A DNA stretch of 57,638 nt from Thermoplasmatales archaeon (GCA_030595715.1 JAUVCN010000002.1:1-57638), one strand, 5' to 3'. Counted from the stretch's first letter, positions 1-10,767 are shown. The notes: generated from the sequence alone by a model not told the origin. Numbers and translations: made by a program.

Positions 1-464
1 ACCTTATTTAGTACACTGGCCATAATAACACCCCTAAGGAAACTGTTGGAAACTGGACATTCAACTAGTATTCTTCAAGTTTATAACCATTGCTACTTAT
101 TAATATCGAAATATACGTCATTATCATAACAACATGTACATACATCCCATATGCTGGATGTTATCATTAACAGAAAATTTTTGAATTATATGATAATAAT
201 GGACATTCCTAACGTATTATTCTAATATTATTCCATAATATAATTCATTTTATGTATTTATAATGATCACAGGGGATAATACATTCATACCCAATAGGTG
301 AAGTCAAACATGGGAGAATGTGCAAGTGTTTATTTTTCTCGTGGTATTTCGGTGATACATCGATAATAACCATCCATTGCCCAAGTTGGTATAAATATAT
401 ACACAATAAATAGAACCAAAAAACGGAAATATAAAATGTATCTCTTTTATTACGAGGACAGCAT

Positions 465-3400
465 ATGAATACACCCGATGGAAAGTTCCCTGCGATCATT
501 ATCATGGTAATTATTCTGATCGGATCACCGGTATCTTCCTTGGCCGTTCTCGATGTTGATGATATCGATCAAAGGGTATTGGCTCGTTCAGACTATCTCG
601 AACGATCGCCCAAATTGAAGGGTTCTGTCGAATTGATGCAAGAAACAATAATAACTGAACTCGAGATAGTTTATATCACTCCCCAGGTTATGTCAATTCT
701 TACCCAGTACGGAGAACAGAAAGGATATTCTATCGATGGTGGAGGCTACAGGGAAGGCAAGCATGGGGAGATAGAGAGCTTCCTGGTACATGACATGTCT
801 TTCGATGGTCATTTGATAGATATACAGGTAGAATTCTCGGAAAAAATGAAATTGAGTGGAGAGCCGATCCCATTCGTTGTACCCTTCATTATCGGAGAAT
901 TACCGAAGGGAATAACCAAAGAATGGCAGGGAGCATATGGTTTTTCTTATGAGCCGTATTTTGAGGTAATGGAAAATGGAAAAGATATTTCGATCAGACT
1001 TTTTCCAATGGAATGGAGCAACATGGACCTGTCGTTATATCTGTCTGCCGAGATCAGTTATTCGATCCGACCGATATACCCTGAAGTGACATCATCCTCC
1101 ATTTCAGTTAAACCCACAGGAGACACGAAATATCTGATCGTCACCATAGAGGACCTGGAAGATGAGGTTATTCCTTTCGCACAATGGAAATCACAGAAGG
1201 GACAGTTCACCGAAATAGTAACCATCGAACAATTGAGGGAGGATTATCCAGTCGGCCCGGACCCTAAAAGGATAAGGGACCATGTGACCTCACTCGAGTC
1301 AATATATGATCTCGACTACCTTCTGCTGATCGGAGATCATGACAAGGTCCCTACCAGGATAACCGTCAATCTACACCCGGAGACCACGTATGGAGAACCA
1401 ACAACCTTTGCTTCTGATTCATACTATGCATGTGTCGATCAAGGTACGTCATGGGACCTGGATGGTGATGGTCATCATGCGGAGGTTGGAGAGCTAGATG
1501 ATGTTCATTTCGATCTGTCTGTCGGAAGACTTGCAATAAATGACGAGCATGTCCTCTCTTTGGTATTGGAAGGATTGATCGAGAGGGAAAGGAACATTTC
1601 CTGGAAAAGTGAAATGGCCGATGTTGTCCACATCGTCGGAGACCCTCATCCTGTTCCAGGTGATCCAACCAATACAATGGACCATTTCTGGGATGAATAC
1701 CTGGATGATCTATTCCCCTCGAGGGACACCATCTATTACGATGGGTCGGGAAATATGACATTTTCCTCGACCTCTTTCAAGTCCATTATGGGGCATAACC
1801 CCCAGGTAATGGGTTATTTCAGTCATGGGACGCAGACGGGAATTCCAAACCTGTTTTCAAATAACCAGATATCAACATTACCCTCGGTTGGACCCGATGG
1901 ATCCTTTTTCCTTATGGCATGTCTTACAGGCTGGTTCGATGACCCCAACCAGGGGAATATGGGATCCTTCAATGATTGTTTCGGTGAAACGATGACCGAA
2001 ACGCCGGAAAAAGGTGTTGTAGGCTACATGGGTGCCAGCCGTTTGGCTTTCGGGAGTATCGACACCCAATATAATGGGGACGCGCCTGGCTTGGAGGAGG
2101 ATTACTGGAGGGGGGTTAGAGAAGCTTATCTTGGAAACATTCCGTCCACGACAGGGGATATCTATCGTTATGCGATCAACCATTTTTCAACGAGTTTCTC
2201 TCCATTCCCAACATCCTATAACGGATATGCCGCCCAGAGGACATTCCTTGAATACAATCTGCTTGGAGATCCCGAGGCGCCTCTTTTTTTGAAGGATCCG
2301 GATGAATTGTTCCTCTCTTTCGATGTTCTGAACGACAATACGACCGTGAATGCCCATGTTTCACTTAAAAATGGCACACCTGTCGAAGGGGCTCTTGTTT
2401 CTATCTTCCGATGGCAAGAACTTGGCGTATATGCTGAAACTGACATATATGGAAATTGTTCCATTACGATCCCCCCATCGAATGGAGGTATCGTGAACAT
2501 TACTGCATATATACCGGGTCATCACATTGACCATTCAACTTTCATACTTCCAGATCTGATAGCGCCCACTCCCTTCCATACGATCGAACCCGGTTTTCCT
2601 GACGGATTGAACGAAACCTATGTAACAAGACCAAATGTCACGATAACCGCTGATGAGCCGTCCACGATATATGTTCGATCGAACGATATTGACATCGGAT
2701 CATTTGTTGACAGAACCTCAATTCACTTTCCGGAAGGGAACAACACAATGTCTTACAGGGCCATTGACACTATCGGCCATATATCCGAATGGAAGTATCT
2801 AACTCTGAATGTGGACATAACCCCCCCTGAATTGAACTTGATCACTGATCCTGAGTTCCCGGATGGATCGGATGGATATTTCATTTCAACACCCATGGTC
2901 TCCATTCAGGATCTGGAGCAATTGAATGATGTGATGTACAAGATAGATGATGGATACCTCGATCGATACTCCGGCCCTTTCATGATATCGGAAGGAAAAC
3001 ACTCTGTGTATATCGAAGCAAAGGATGATTCCGGATTGTTCAATTCAACTATCTCGATCTTCGAAGTCGATACAACAGGTCCTCTTTCGAGCCTTGAGAT
3101 CTCCCATGATCCTGATGGAGATAATGGTTATTACATCACACGACCGATGATCCGTATCAGATCCTATGATGAAAACCAGAACTCCTCCGCATTCTACAAA
3201 TGGAACGAGGATGCATGGACGGGTTATACCTCCCCCTTGAACGTCCCTCTCGGGATCAATAGATTGAGCTACTATTCGTCTGATGCTGCAGGAAATTCCG
3301 AACTCAACAAGGCGTTCAACACATTCAAATATGATCCATATCCACCGGATGTCTTTGTTAATATCACACCGGAAGTACCTGATGGGATGAACGAGACATA

Positions 3401-4454
3401 CATCTCCATTCCAGTTGTTGATGTCCATGTTTTCGATAACATCTCCGAGAGGGTGATGGAACAATACGTTCTGGTCCCTCCAGGTATAGGGTTTGAATGG
3501 GGTGTTGATTCGATACCCCTCGCCGGTCCTATAACGATACCCGAAGGAGAATGGAACCTTTTCATACTCGCACAGGACCTTGCAGGCAACCAAAAGGTCA
3601 TGAAACCCATACATTTTTCAGTGGACATAACCCCTCCCAGTATTAGCTTCGGTATATCACCTGAACAACCCGATGGTAACAATACATGGTACACTTCTTC
3701 TCCAAAATTGAGAATATTTGGATCACTTTTGGATAATTCCATATTCATATCGTTCGACGGGGGAGATATGGAGAGCATCACTGAGAATATAACACTCCCT
3801 GAGGGTATCCATGATATCGAAGTTCACGCGATAGATCGCTCCGGTATCAAGGGACAGGTCCATTCATTTTCATATAAATGCGATCTAACCGACCCTATCC
3901 CGATCATCACATCTATAAAAGGTATCTATCATGTCAATGAGACCATTTTGATATCAGCGTCATCCTCAACTGATCTTATGGGCATAGATATGTATCATTT
4001 CCATTTCATCGAGGATAATACAAGTACATGGTCGAAATCCTCGAATATTACAATGTCACGTTCCACACCCGGGAATTTATCGATACGGGTCGAAGCTATC
4101 GATATATCCGGTAGAAGTTCGATCTCTTCACCTCTGACCCTCCAAATAATCCCCATCCCGGAAGATCTTCCATTCAATGAGACAAATGGAACTGGAATTG
4201 TCGATGATCCAGATCCGAATACCAATATAGATGGAGATGAAAACATCATTACCGGCAATATGCTCATTGGAATGATCATTTTTTCAGTGGTCGTTCTTAT
4301 GGCATCAATTGGTTTCATTCTTTTTATGAGGAACAGGAACATCCAGGAGGTTGAATGGGAAGATGATGATGACTGGATGGATGCGGATTGGGTCGATGAA
4401 AATATCGAGGATGATGGAGAATTGGTCTCTGATGATCTATATATCATGGAATGA
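465..4454 (+). CDS. Membrane-anchored surface protein with a peptidase C25 (gingipain)-like cysteine protease domain, five tandem Ig-like modules, a C-terminal TM helix and an acidic cytoplasmic tail
   Basis: 1329-aa ORF. N-terminal hydrophobic anchor AIIIMVIILIGSPVSSLAV. C25-like motifs LLLIGDHDKVP, His context YFSHGTQTG (about nt 1819-1841) and Cys context FFLMACLTGWFDD (about nt 1905-1945). Five ~90-aa repeats each carry xPDGxN(E/G)xY..P (nt ~2590-3900). TM MLIGMIIFSVVVLMASIGFILFM is followed by a D/E/W-rich tail. Confidence 0.75.
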   Translation: MNTPDGKFPAIIIMVIILIGSPVSSLAVLDVDDIDQRVLARSDYLERSPKLKGSVELMQETIITELEIVYITPQVMSILTQYGEQKGYSIDGGGYREGKHGEIESFLVHDMSFDGHLIDIQVEFSEKMKLSGEPIPFVVPFIIGELPKGITKEWQGAYGFSYEPYFEVMENGKDISIRLFPMEWSNMDLSLYLSAEISYSIRPIYPEVTSSSISVKPTGDTKYLIVTIEDLEDEVIPFAQWKSQKGQFTEIVTIEQLREDYPVGPDPKRIRDHVTSLESIYDLDYLLLIGDHDKVPTRITVNLHPETTYGEPTTFASDSYYACVDQGTSWDLDGDGHHAEVGELDDVHFDLSVGRLAINDEHVLSLVLEGLIERERNISWKSEMADVVHIVGDPHPVPGDPTNTMDHFWDEYLDDLFPSRDTIYYDGSGNMTFSSTSFKSIMGHNPQVMGYFSHGTQTGIPNLFSNNQISTLPSVGPDGSFFLMACLTGWFDDPNQGNMGSFNDCFGETMTETPEKGVVGYMGASRLAFGSIDTQYNGDAPGLEEDYWRGVREAYLGNIPSTTGDIYRYAINHFSTSFSPFPTSYNGYAAQRTFLEYNLLGDPEAPLFLKDPDELFLSFDVLNDNTTVNAHVSLKNGTPVEGALVSIFRWQELGVYAETDIYGNCSITIPPSNGGIVNITAYIPGHHIDHSTFILPDLIAPTPFHTIEPGFPDGLNETYVTRPNVTITADEPSTIYVRSNDIDIGSFVDRTSIHFPEGNNTMSYRAIDTIGHISEWKYLTLNVDITPPELNLITDPEFPDGSDGYFISTPMVSIQDLEQLNDVMYKIDDGYLDRYSGPFMISEGKHSVYIEAKDDSGLFNSTISIFEVDTTGPLSSLEISHDPDGDNGYYITRPMIRIRSYDENQNSSAFYKWNEDAWTGYTSPLNVPLGINRLSYYSSDAAGNSELNKAFNTFKYDPYPPDVFVNITPEVPDGMNETYISIPVVDVHVFDNISERVMEQYVLVPPGIGFEWGVDSIPLAGPITIPEGEWNLFILAQDLAGNQKVMKPIHFSVDITPPSISFGISPEQPDGNNTWYTSSPKLRIFGSLLDNSIFISFDGGDMESITENITLPEGIHDIEVHAIDRSGIKGQVHSFSYKCDLTDPIPIITSIKGIYHVNETILISASSSTDLMGIDMYHFHFIEDNTSTWSKSSNITMSRSTPGNLSIRVEAIDISGRSSISSPLTLQIIPIPEDLPFNETNGTGIVDDPDPNTNIDGDENIITGNMLIGMIIFSVVVLMASIGFILFMRNRNIQEVEWEDDDDWMDADWVDENIEDDGELVSDDLYIME

Positions 4455-4473
4455 GGATGCATAGATTAAATAA

Positions 4474-5526
4474 TTGCAATCCATAGCAGTTCATATGAGA
4501 TGCAGGTGCCTTAAGGTGGGTACAAGTGAAGCAGAAAGGATCCGAAGGAAACTTCTTGGAATGGACCTGCTTGACCTCGATGTCCGGGTCAGATCGAAGG
4601 GAGGATCGATACTATTACCACTTAATGATATAGAAATTCCATATCTATCCGACATGGGTGAAGTTGTTACTGAAGAAATGGAACCTGTGAACAGACCTCC
4701 TAGGTCTTACAAAGATCTTCTGGATATACCTTCGGACCTTCACAAATTACTGCCATCATCTCATGATATCATCGGTGATGTGTGCATTCTTAAACTTCAC
4801 AGAGAACTCGAACCATACATAGGTGAAATCGGTAATGCCCTTCTTGAGGCAAAAAGGAACATCCGGGTAGTTGCTCTTGATAAAGGTGTCGAAGGAGAGT
4901 TCAGGATCAGGAACATCGAGGTTATCGCAGGTGATCCAAACCTTGAGACCACTCATGTGGAGAACAATCTAAGGTTCAAGTTGGACCCGTCATTGGTCTA
5001 TTTTTCACCAAGATTGGCCACAGAAAGGGCCAGGGTTGCCGGGATGGTCTCGGGAGGAAGGGTTCTGGATATGTTCGCAGGTGTGGGCCCCTTCTCACTT
5101 AACTGTTCAAGACATGGCAAACCTGATGAGGTAATTGGGATCGATCTTAATCCAGACTGCATCGAATATTTCCAGAACAACATTAAATTGAACTCCGCTT
5201 CAGACAATGTTTCGGCCTATCTAGGAGATGCAAACGAAGCATCTATCGGGATGGGGCCATTTGACCTAATAATAATGAACCTTCCTCATGGTTCGATGGA
5301 ATTTCTCCCAACTGCTTATCAGATAATGGATGAAGGACGTATCCATCTTTATTCCATAGTGGAAATGACAGATGTAAGATCGATGATAGCATCTATACTG
5401 AGTTCTTCCGACGGTTATGAAAAGAAACTGGATATCTCCGGAATGCGGGAAGTACACAATTACTCGGCAACCCGATCCATGATGGTGTTCGATATCATTG
5501 TCAAGCGAGATCCCTTATCAATATAA
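4474..5526 (+). CDS. trm5: tRNA (guanine37-N1)-methyltransferase Trm5 (Trm5/Taw22 family)
   Basis: 350-aa ORF. N-terminus CLKVGTSEAERIRRKL is typical of archaeal Trm5. SAM motif VLDMFAGVGPFS and NLPH catalytic motif are present. The true start may be the internal ATG (MRCRCLKV). Confidence 0.85.
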   Translation: MQSIAVHMRCRCLKVGTSEAERIRRKLLGMDLLDLDVRVRSKGGSILLPLNDIEIPYLSDMGEVVTEEMEPVNRPPRSYKDLLDIPSDLHKLLPSSHDIIGDVCILKLHRELEPYIGEIGNALLEAKRNIRVVALDKGVEGEFRIRNIEVIAGDPNLETTHVENNLRFKLDPSLVYFSPRLATERARVAGMVSGGRVLDMFAGVGPFSLNCSRHGKPDEVIGIDLNPDCIEYFQNNIKLNSASDNVSAYLGDANEASIGMGPFDLIIMNLPHGSMEFLPTAYQIMDEGRIHLYSIVEMTDVRSMIASILSSSDGYEKKLDISGMREVHNYSATRSMMVFDIIVKRDPLSI

Positions 5527-5732
5527 TCTCAAATTCCTTTCTGATCCTTTACCTCTGTCGTTCCTATCGATCCTTATTTCATGTCAAGGAAAGATCTTTA
5601 CATATGTTCAATATTGGAACCTTCCATCTGTTAAATATCCACATGAGATCCTCTATATGTATGGATCATGACCACTTCATGAATAAAGCGGTCTTCTTCT
5701 GACAGGAGAGAATTTATCCCGGGCAAACGTTC

Positions 5733-6281
5733 TCATCTGTAGGCCCTTCTCCTGCGGGGCCTTTCAGGTTCCGGTTCGCTCTCTGGTTCCTCCGGTTCCT
5801 CGAATTTCCTTCTCTTCTTTTTCATGGTCTTCTCATCGAGAAGTATCGGACTCCAGTATCTTGAACCACAACTGTCACATTTCTGTGAGTCCTCTTCAAC
5901 GGGTTTTAGACAGTTCGGGCATACATATGGATCAGGAAGAAGGTTCTCTCCACAATGCGGGCATTCCTTATCCCTTGGATCTACGGTTTCACCGCAGTTG
6001 GAACATTCATAGATACCAATGGATAGCCTTGAACCACAATGCGGGCATTCCTCGTCATAAGGGCTTACGTCCTCATCGCATTTGGAGCATTTTACGATCC
6101 TCCTTTCAAGGACCTCTGCTGCTTCCTCATCGAATGGGATCATTTCCCTCATGCCTCTTCTTGGAGCCTCATCTTCTATGGCCTCCACATTACCTTTCTG
6201 CTGTTTTGAAATGAACCAAATTATCATTATCAACGCGACCAGAAAGCCGAACACGATAAGTATCCAATATAGAATCTCCAT
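5733..6281 (-). CDS. Membrane-anchored protein with three tandem zinc-ribbon (CxxC...CxxC) modules and a charged tail
   Basis: 182 aa. N-terminal TM ILYWILIVFGFLVALIMIIWFI. Three CxxC-x(10-13)-CPHC/CDSC pairs. C-terminal K/R/E/P-rich tail. Confidence 0.7.
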   Translation of the reverse strand: MEILYWILIVFGFLVALIMIIWFISKQQKGNVEAIEDEAPRRGMREMIPFDEEAAEVLERRIVKCSKCDEDVSPYDEECPHCGSRLSIGIYECSNCGETVDPRDKECPHCGENLLPDPYVCPNCLKPVEEDSQKCDSCGSRYWSPILLDEKTMKKKRRKFEEPEEPESEPEPERPRRRRAYR

Positions 6282-6416
6282 GTGGTCTCACCCCATTACT
6301 TGATATGGAATGGACATATCATAGAAAAAACTATCCGAAAATATATCTCTTTATGCAAATAACCAATGAACGGATACACATGACCCACCAAAAGATATAA
6401 TACAAATCCTGACCTA

Positions 6417-7136
6417 TTGCAAAATGAGCCTAACATGACAGGAAGCAACGCCTCTGTTTATTCAGGTATCGGTCAGATCATGCACGATGTGAACGAGTTC
6501 ATCTTCATAAAGAACAAGAAGGTTACCTCCGGAATATCCATTATCCTGATCATTGGATTGACCTTCCTGGTATTCAATTCAGAAGCCAGCGCAAAGGCTG
6601 AAGAGATGCTTTACAGATCCGACATCCTGGAGATCCTCAGAACTGGTGGTGGTTGGGAAAAGACCTTCCCGGGTATCGAGGATAAGGTTGATGTACAGAC
6701 AACAAGGAGGGTTTCCGGAGATGTATCGGAGGGCCAATCCGCACCGGATGTTATCATCGAGAACACCAGAGAAAAGGTATTGAAATTTGTAAATATCGAA
6801 ATGACATGGGAAGATGAAAGCGATCCACCCGGTTTCCCCAAATTAAGGAACTATGAGAATGAACCAGATGTATTTTCTGTCAGCATCATCTCTCCAAACA
6901 AGACAACTATGATCAGCCAGACAGAGAGCAGTGGATCCATCTACGAAAAATATGAGCTATCCCTCGAGGAGATGGAAGGTGCATACGGAGCGGGTAACTT
7001 CACCATGAATATCAAGCTCGAATCAGCCGGGGACTGGGTTCCGTCAAATGGACCCGGCATCATTACATACAGGGATGTTGGAAATTCATACGAGATCGTC
7101 CTTACGATCATCCATCTTGAAAATGAAAATAAATGA
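6417..7136 (+). CDS. Hypothetical signal-anchored extracellular protein carrying an uncharacterised ~135-aa beta-rich domain shared with the CPBP protease at 11491-13086
   Basis: 239-aa ORF (TTG at 6417; ATG alternatives at 6435 and 6480). TM ISIILIIGLTFLVF. The C-terminal domain (W-EDE-DPPGF...N-PD-F...SGSI...ESAGD...D-GN) aligns by eye to the C-terminus of the 531-aa CPBP protein. Confidence 0.55.
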   Translation: MQNEPNMTGSNASVYSGIGQIMHDVNEFIFIKNKKVTSGISIILIIGLTFLVFNSEASAKAEEMLYRSDILEILRTGGGWEKTFPGIEDKVDVQTTRRVSGDVSEGQSAPDVIIENTREKVLKFVNIEMTWEDESDPPGFPKLRNYENEPDVFSVSIISPNKTTMISQTESSGSIYEKYELSLEEMEGAYGAGNFTMNIKLESAGDWVPSNGPGIITYRDVGNSYEIVLTIIHLENENK

Positions 7137-7154
7137 ATAAGCTGATCTTTCCAA

Positions 7155-7880
7155 TCATTCAACCTTTTCAAGCTGATCGATATCATCTTCTCCAATATAA
7201 TCTTCAGAAGGAAATACTTCCATGTTTTCCATCTCATCGGGTCTTTCCTTTATATTTTTTTTATTCTTGACATCAAGGATCCTATCTTTAAGTATTCTAA
7301 GTGATGATCTTGCTCTTCCATATGATGGGTCTATCTCCAATGCTTTTTTGAAACAATTCAGGGCATCTTTGAAATCACCGCTTTCCGACATTGCATCCCC
7401 TTTTCCCTTCCAGAATGTCTTGTCAAGAGGATCCAGATGCAATGCATGTTCAAAACAATTCCTTGCTTCCTTTGGATCTCCGGTCCTGAGGTTTGCCAAC
7501 CCGTTCAGATACCAGGTCTCTTTGTTCATGGGATTTGTCTTCAGACTATCTACGAACCATACGATGGCATCTTCATACATATTCAGGGCCATGAGGATCA
7601 TGCCTTTCTTTTCCTTGGCAATTGCAAAATCCGGGTCCAATTCTATTGCTACATCATAGGCGTGTAATGCCTCTTTGAACCTCTTCAGGGTCCTCAAGGC
7701 TTCACCTTTCTTGAACCATCCAGTTTTATAGTTCTTATCTACTTCAATAACATCCTCGTAGTATGACAGAGCTTTGAGATATCTTTTCCTCTGGAACATA
7801 AGGTCGCCCATATCAAGAAGTTCCATTCTCTCTTTTTCTATAAGTTGCTTCCTCTTTCTATTGGAAAATTCAGGGTCCAT
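7155..7880 (-). CDS. TPR-repeat protein
   Basis: 241 aa with repeated 34-aa A..Y..AI..DP.. units, for example ALHAYDVAIELDPDF and ALNCFKKALEIDPSY. Confidence 0.8.
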   Translation of the reverse strand: MDPEFSNRKRKQLIEKERMELLDMGDLMFQRKRYLKALSYYEDVIEVDKNYKTGWFKKGEALRTLKRFKEALHAYDVAIELDPDFAIAKEKKGMILMALNMYEDAIVWFVDSLKTNPMNKETWYLNGLANLRTGDPKEARNCFEHALHLDPLDKTFWKGKGDAMSESGDFKDALNCFKKALEIDPSYGRARSSLRILKDRILDVKNKKNIKERPDEMENMEVFPSEDYIGEDDIDQLEKVE

Positions 7881-8136
7881 TCAAAACCACTCTCTACACT
7901 CCAATATCTATTCGATAGAAATAATTATTCTTTGATCCCTTGCATTCCATAAGTTGTCTATATGATATTATTGCTATAGATGGATGTATCATCAAAAATG
8001 ATAGTGGGAAAGGGCCATCCTTACAAAAAGCTTAATACCTGGACCAACGATTTTATCCGGTCCCCCCGGGGTCGCCTGAAAGAGGTTACAGGAAATGTGT
8101 CATTCGGTCATTCTTGATTGATACCATTCCTTCAGG

Positions 8137-10695
8137 TTGGTGAGAGATATGAGAAAAACCGCCATTCTTATCATTTGCATATTGGCACTGTCGATATTGA
8201 CCACTCTTGGTGCATATGGAGAACCCACCAGGGATGAAACTCCTTCTGTACCTTTGAACGTATCTGCAGCCCCAAAGGACAACGCTGTCCTGATCACATG
8301 GGATTGCCCTTCCGGACTTACCGGAGATGATCTTCTGGGATTCACGGTCCTCAAGGGAACGACCGCTGGCTCTGTGGAACTTGCGATAAATTATCCAGGA
8401 CCCTTTATGACAAGTTATCTGGATGAGGCTGTTGTCAATGGCAATACCTATTTCTACAGTGTCCAGGCTATCAATGAAATCGGCTCGGGTCCTTCCAGTA
8501 CACCTGTATCCACCACACCAAGAGGACCCACATCACGTCCAACGGATATCACACCAAGTTACGATTCCAATGTTGTTTTCATCTCCTGGAGCCCACCAGA
8601 AGATGAAAATGGAGCACCTGTGACAGGATATGTAATATTCAAGGGTCTCAATAATCACAACATCACCATCAGGAATGATGTCCCATCAGGTAATGAATTC
8701 ACAGACTTTGGATTGACAAATGGTGTCACTTATTATTACCAGCTGGCTGCCATCAACGATTATGGCGATGGAAAACTTTCTGATATCATCGCAGTCTCAC
8801 CAAGAACAACACCTTCACCACCCTTGAACCTTTCAGCGGAATCCGGAGATTCAAAGGTGATACTCACATGGAACGGATCCCTTGATGATGGTGGAACATA
8901 CATTACAGGTTACAGGGTATTCAGAGGGTCCACCATCGAGGATATGGTACCAATCGCATATGCCGAGAGTACCAATACATATACGGATGACACCGCTGAG
9001 AATGGTGAAACATACCTTTTTTCCGTTGCTGGTGTCAACGGAGAAGGAGATGGTGAACTTGCCATTTCAGTCGTTTCAACTCCACTTGGACCTCCAGGCA
9101 AACCCCTCAATCTCACATTGACCCCGGGCGATGCTCAAGTAACACTTCAATGGAAGGTCCCGGAAAATACCGGTGGGTCCAATATACTTGGATACAACAT
9201 CTACAAGAACCAGCATGGGGAAGAGATGAAATTCGCCGTGGATGCCGGAGATACTCTCGAATACACGGTAACTGACCTTGATAATGGGAAGATATACTAT
9301 TTCCAGGTAAGATCCTACAATGCAGTCGGAGAAGGACCAGGATCGAATTCACCGATGATAAGACCGGAACCAGTTCCGAAAACACCTGAGAACTTCAGGA
9401 TAATGGACATGGAAGGAGAATTGAAGCTTATATGGACCAAACCGATCTATACGGGAGAGTACCCGTATGATGAGGTCCTCATCTACAGAGGAGAGACCGA
9501 GAGCTCCCTGGAATTTTACATGAACATATCGAACACCTTCTCATCACATTATGATCAGGACGTTCTGATCGGAAATGTGTACTATTATGAGATATCCATC
9601 AGATCTGCTATCGGAGAAGGTTACAGGACCCCAACTGTCACCGGAAGGCCGTACGGTAGACCTTCCATCCCCTTATCATTTGAGATCGAGACCAGCAGTA
9701 AAACAGCCATTCTAACATGGGAACGACCGGATGAGACCGGTGGAAGGGTCCTCGAGGGATACAAGATATTCAGAGGGACCGAACCCGATACCCTGACCGT
9801 CTTCAAAGAGGTTGACGGAACACATACATCATACAATGATGCCACCCTCACAGACGGCAGGATATACTATTACAAGATCTCAGCCTTCAACATGGAACTC
9901 GAGGGGTATCCGACCGATGTTATCGATATCATACCTGTAGGCCCTCCAAGGGACCCTGTAGGAGCGAAAGGTTTCAATGACCATAATAATGGAACCATCG
10001 TCATTGGATGGGAGGCTCCTATCAGTGATGGAGGAGATGAGGTGATATCATACAGGATATATCGCGGTTTTGAGAGGGATAACCTCTCTTTTTACAAAGA
10101 AATTAACGTTGGGGAAGATTTCATAGATGATGATATCGCACCTGGAATGGGATATTTCTACTCATTGAGCGCAGTAAATACAGAGGGAGAAGGTGTCAGG
10201 TCTTCGGTGATATACATAGAGGTCCCGTCCAAAGAAATATCTTCTAACGGTGGCGGTTCAAGCCCGATCATTTGGATCGTGATCATTGGAGTTGTCCTGT
10301 TGATAATGATATCGATCGTCATCCTTGCGATGGTCCAGTCCAATAAAAGGAAAAAGGAAGAAGAGGAACAGGATGACGCTCCGGAACTTGAGGAAAGTGA
10401 ATCGGAAAAAGAAGAAAGATTGATCATGGAAAGGAGGAAGATGATGGAAGAATTTACAGAAGTTTCCATCGATACGATAAGCGCCCATTCTCACGACCAT
10501 GATGGACATGCCAACTCTTATGAGGACCTCTATGGAAAAAATGAAGACGCTGTAACGGAAACCGTTGTTCAAAATCAGGAAGTATCTACAGGAATGGTCC
10601 AGGCAACGCCTGTTCCCGCGGAACCCACCCCTCAACAGACACTGACCGCAGCTCTTCCAGAACAACAGAAAACAGCCTATCAACCACCACAATGA
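8137..10695 (+). CDS. Surface protein with seven fibronectin type III domains, a C-terminal TM and a ~120-aa acidic/proline-rich cytoplasmic tail
   Basis: 852 aa. Signal-like N-terminus MRKTAILIICILALSIL. Seven repeats of P.nl.a..gd..v.L.W..P..dGG..I.gY.I(Y/F)RG ... Y.Y.V.A.N..GeG. TM IIWIVIIGVVLLIMISIVILAMV then KRKKEEEEQDD. Confidence 0.85.
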   Translation: MVRDMRKTAILIICILALSILTTLGAYGEPTRDETPSVPLNVSAAPKDNAVLITWDCPSGLTGDDLLGFTVLKGTTAGSVELAINYPGPFMTSYLDEAVVNGNTYFYSVQAINEIGSGPSSTPVSTTPRGPTSRPTDITPSYDSNVVFISWSPPEDENGAPVTGYVIFKGLNNHNITIRNDVPSGNEFTDFGLTNGVTYYYQLAAINDYGDGKLSDIIAVSPRTTPSPPLNLSAESGDSKVILTWNGSLDDGGTYITGYRVFRGSTIEDMVPIAYAESTNTYTDDTAENGETYLFSVAGVNGEGDGELAISVVSTPLGPPGKPLNLTLTPGDAQVTLQWKVPENTGGSNILGYNIYKNQHGEEMKFAVDAGDTLEYTVTDLDNGKIYYFQVRSYNAVGEGPGSNSPMIRPEPVPKTPENFRIMDMEGELKLIWTKPIYTGEYPYDEVLIYRGETESSLEFYMNISNTFSSHYDQDVLIGNVYYYEISIRSAIGEGYRTPTVTGRPYGRPSIPLSFEIETSSKTAILTWERPDETGGRVLEGYKIFRGTEPDTLTVFKEVDGTHTSYNDATLTDGRIYYYKISAFNMELEGYPTDVIDIIPVGPPRDPVGAKGFNDHNNGTIVIGWEAPISDGGDEVISYRIYRGFERDNLSFYKEINVGEDFIDDDIAPGMGYFYSLSAVNTEGEGVRSSVIYIEVPSKEISSNGGGSSPIIWIVIIGVVLLIMISIVILAMVQSNKRKKEEEEQDDAPELEESESEKEERLIMERRKMMEEFTEVSIDTISAHSHDHDGHANSYEDLYGKNEDAVTETVVQNQEVSTGMVQATPVPAEPTPQQTLTAALPEQQKTAYQPPQ

Positions 10696-10730
10696 TGGGG
10701 TGTATGGGTCAGGATACCATTGAACAATTC

Positions 10731-10767
10731 GAAAAATGACGTCTCTTTATATGGCTCTGTCATTTTT
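10731..10767 (+). terminator. Hairpin plus T-tract downstream of the FN3 gene
   Basis: aaaaatgac (10731-10739) pairs with gtcattttt (10758-10766). The 3' arm runs into a T-tract, 36 nt after the stop codon. Confidence 0.45.

Noticed and set aside
245-505. 86-aa ORF on the minus strand overlapping the start of the C25 gene.
   Set aside because: It lies in an AT-rich promoter region, overlaps the start of a well-supported gene, and has no motifs. The same applies to 13805-14053 (-) in the DUF89/FG-GAP divergent promoter.
8062-8075. CCCCCCGGGG palindrome upstream of the FN3 gene.
   Set aside because: It is short, self-complementary and loop-less. It is a single occurrence with no flanking symmetry or repeat, so it is insufficient to call a regulatory site.
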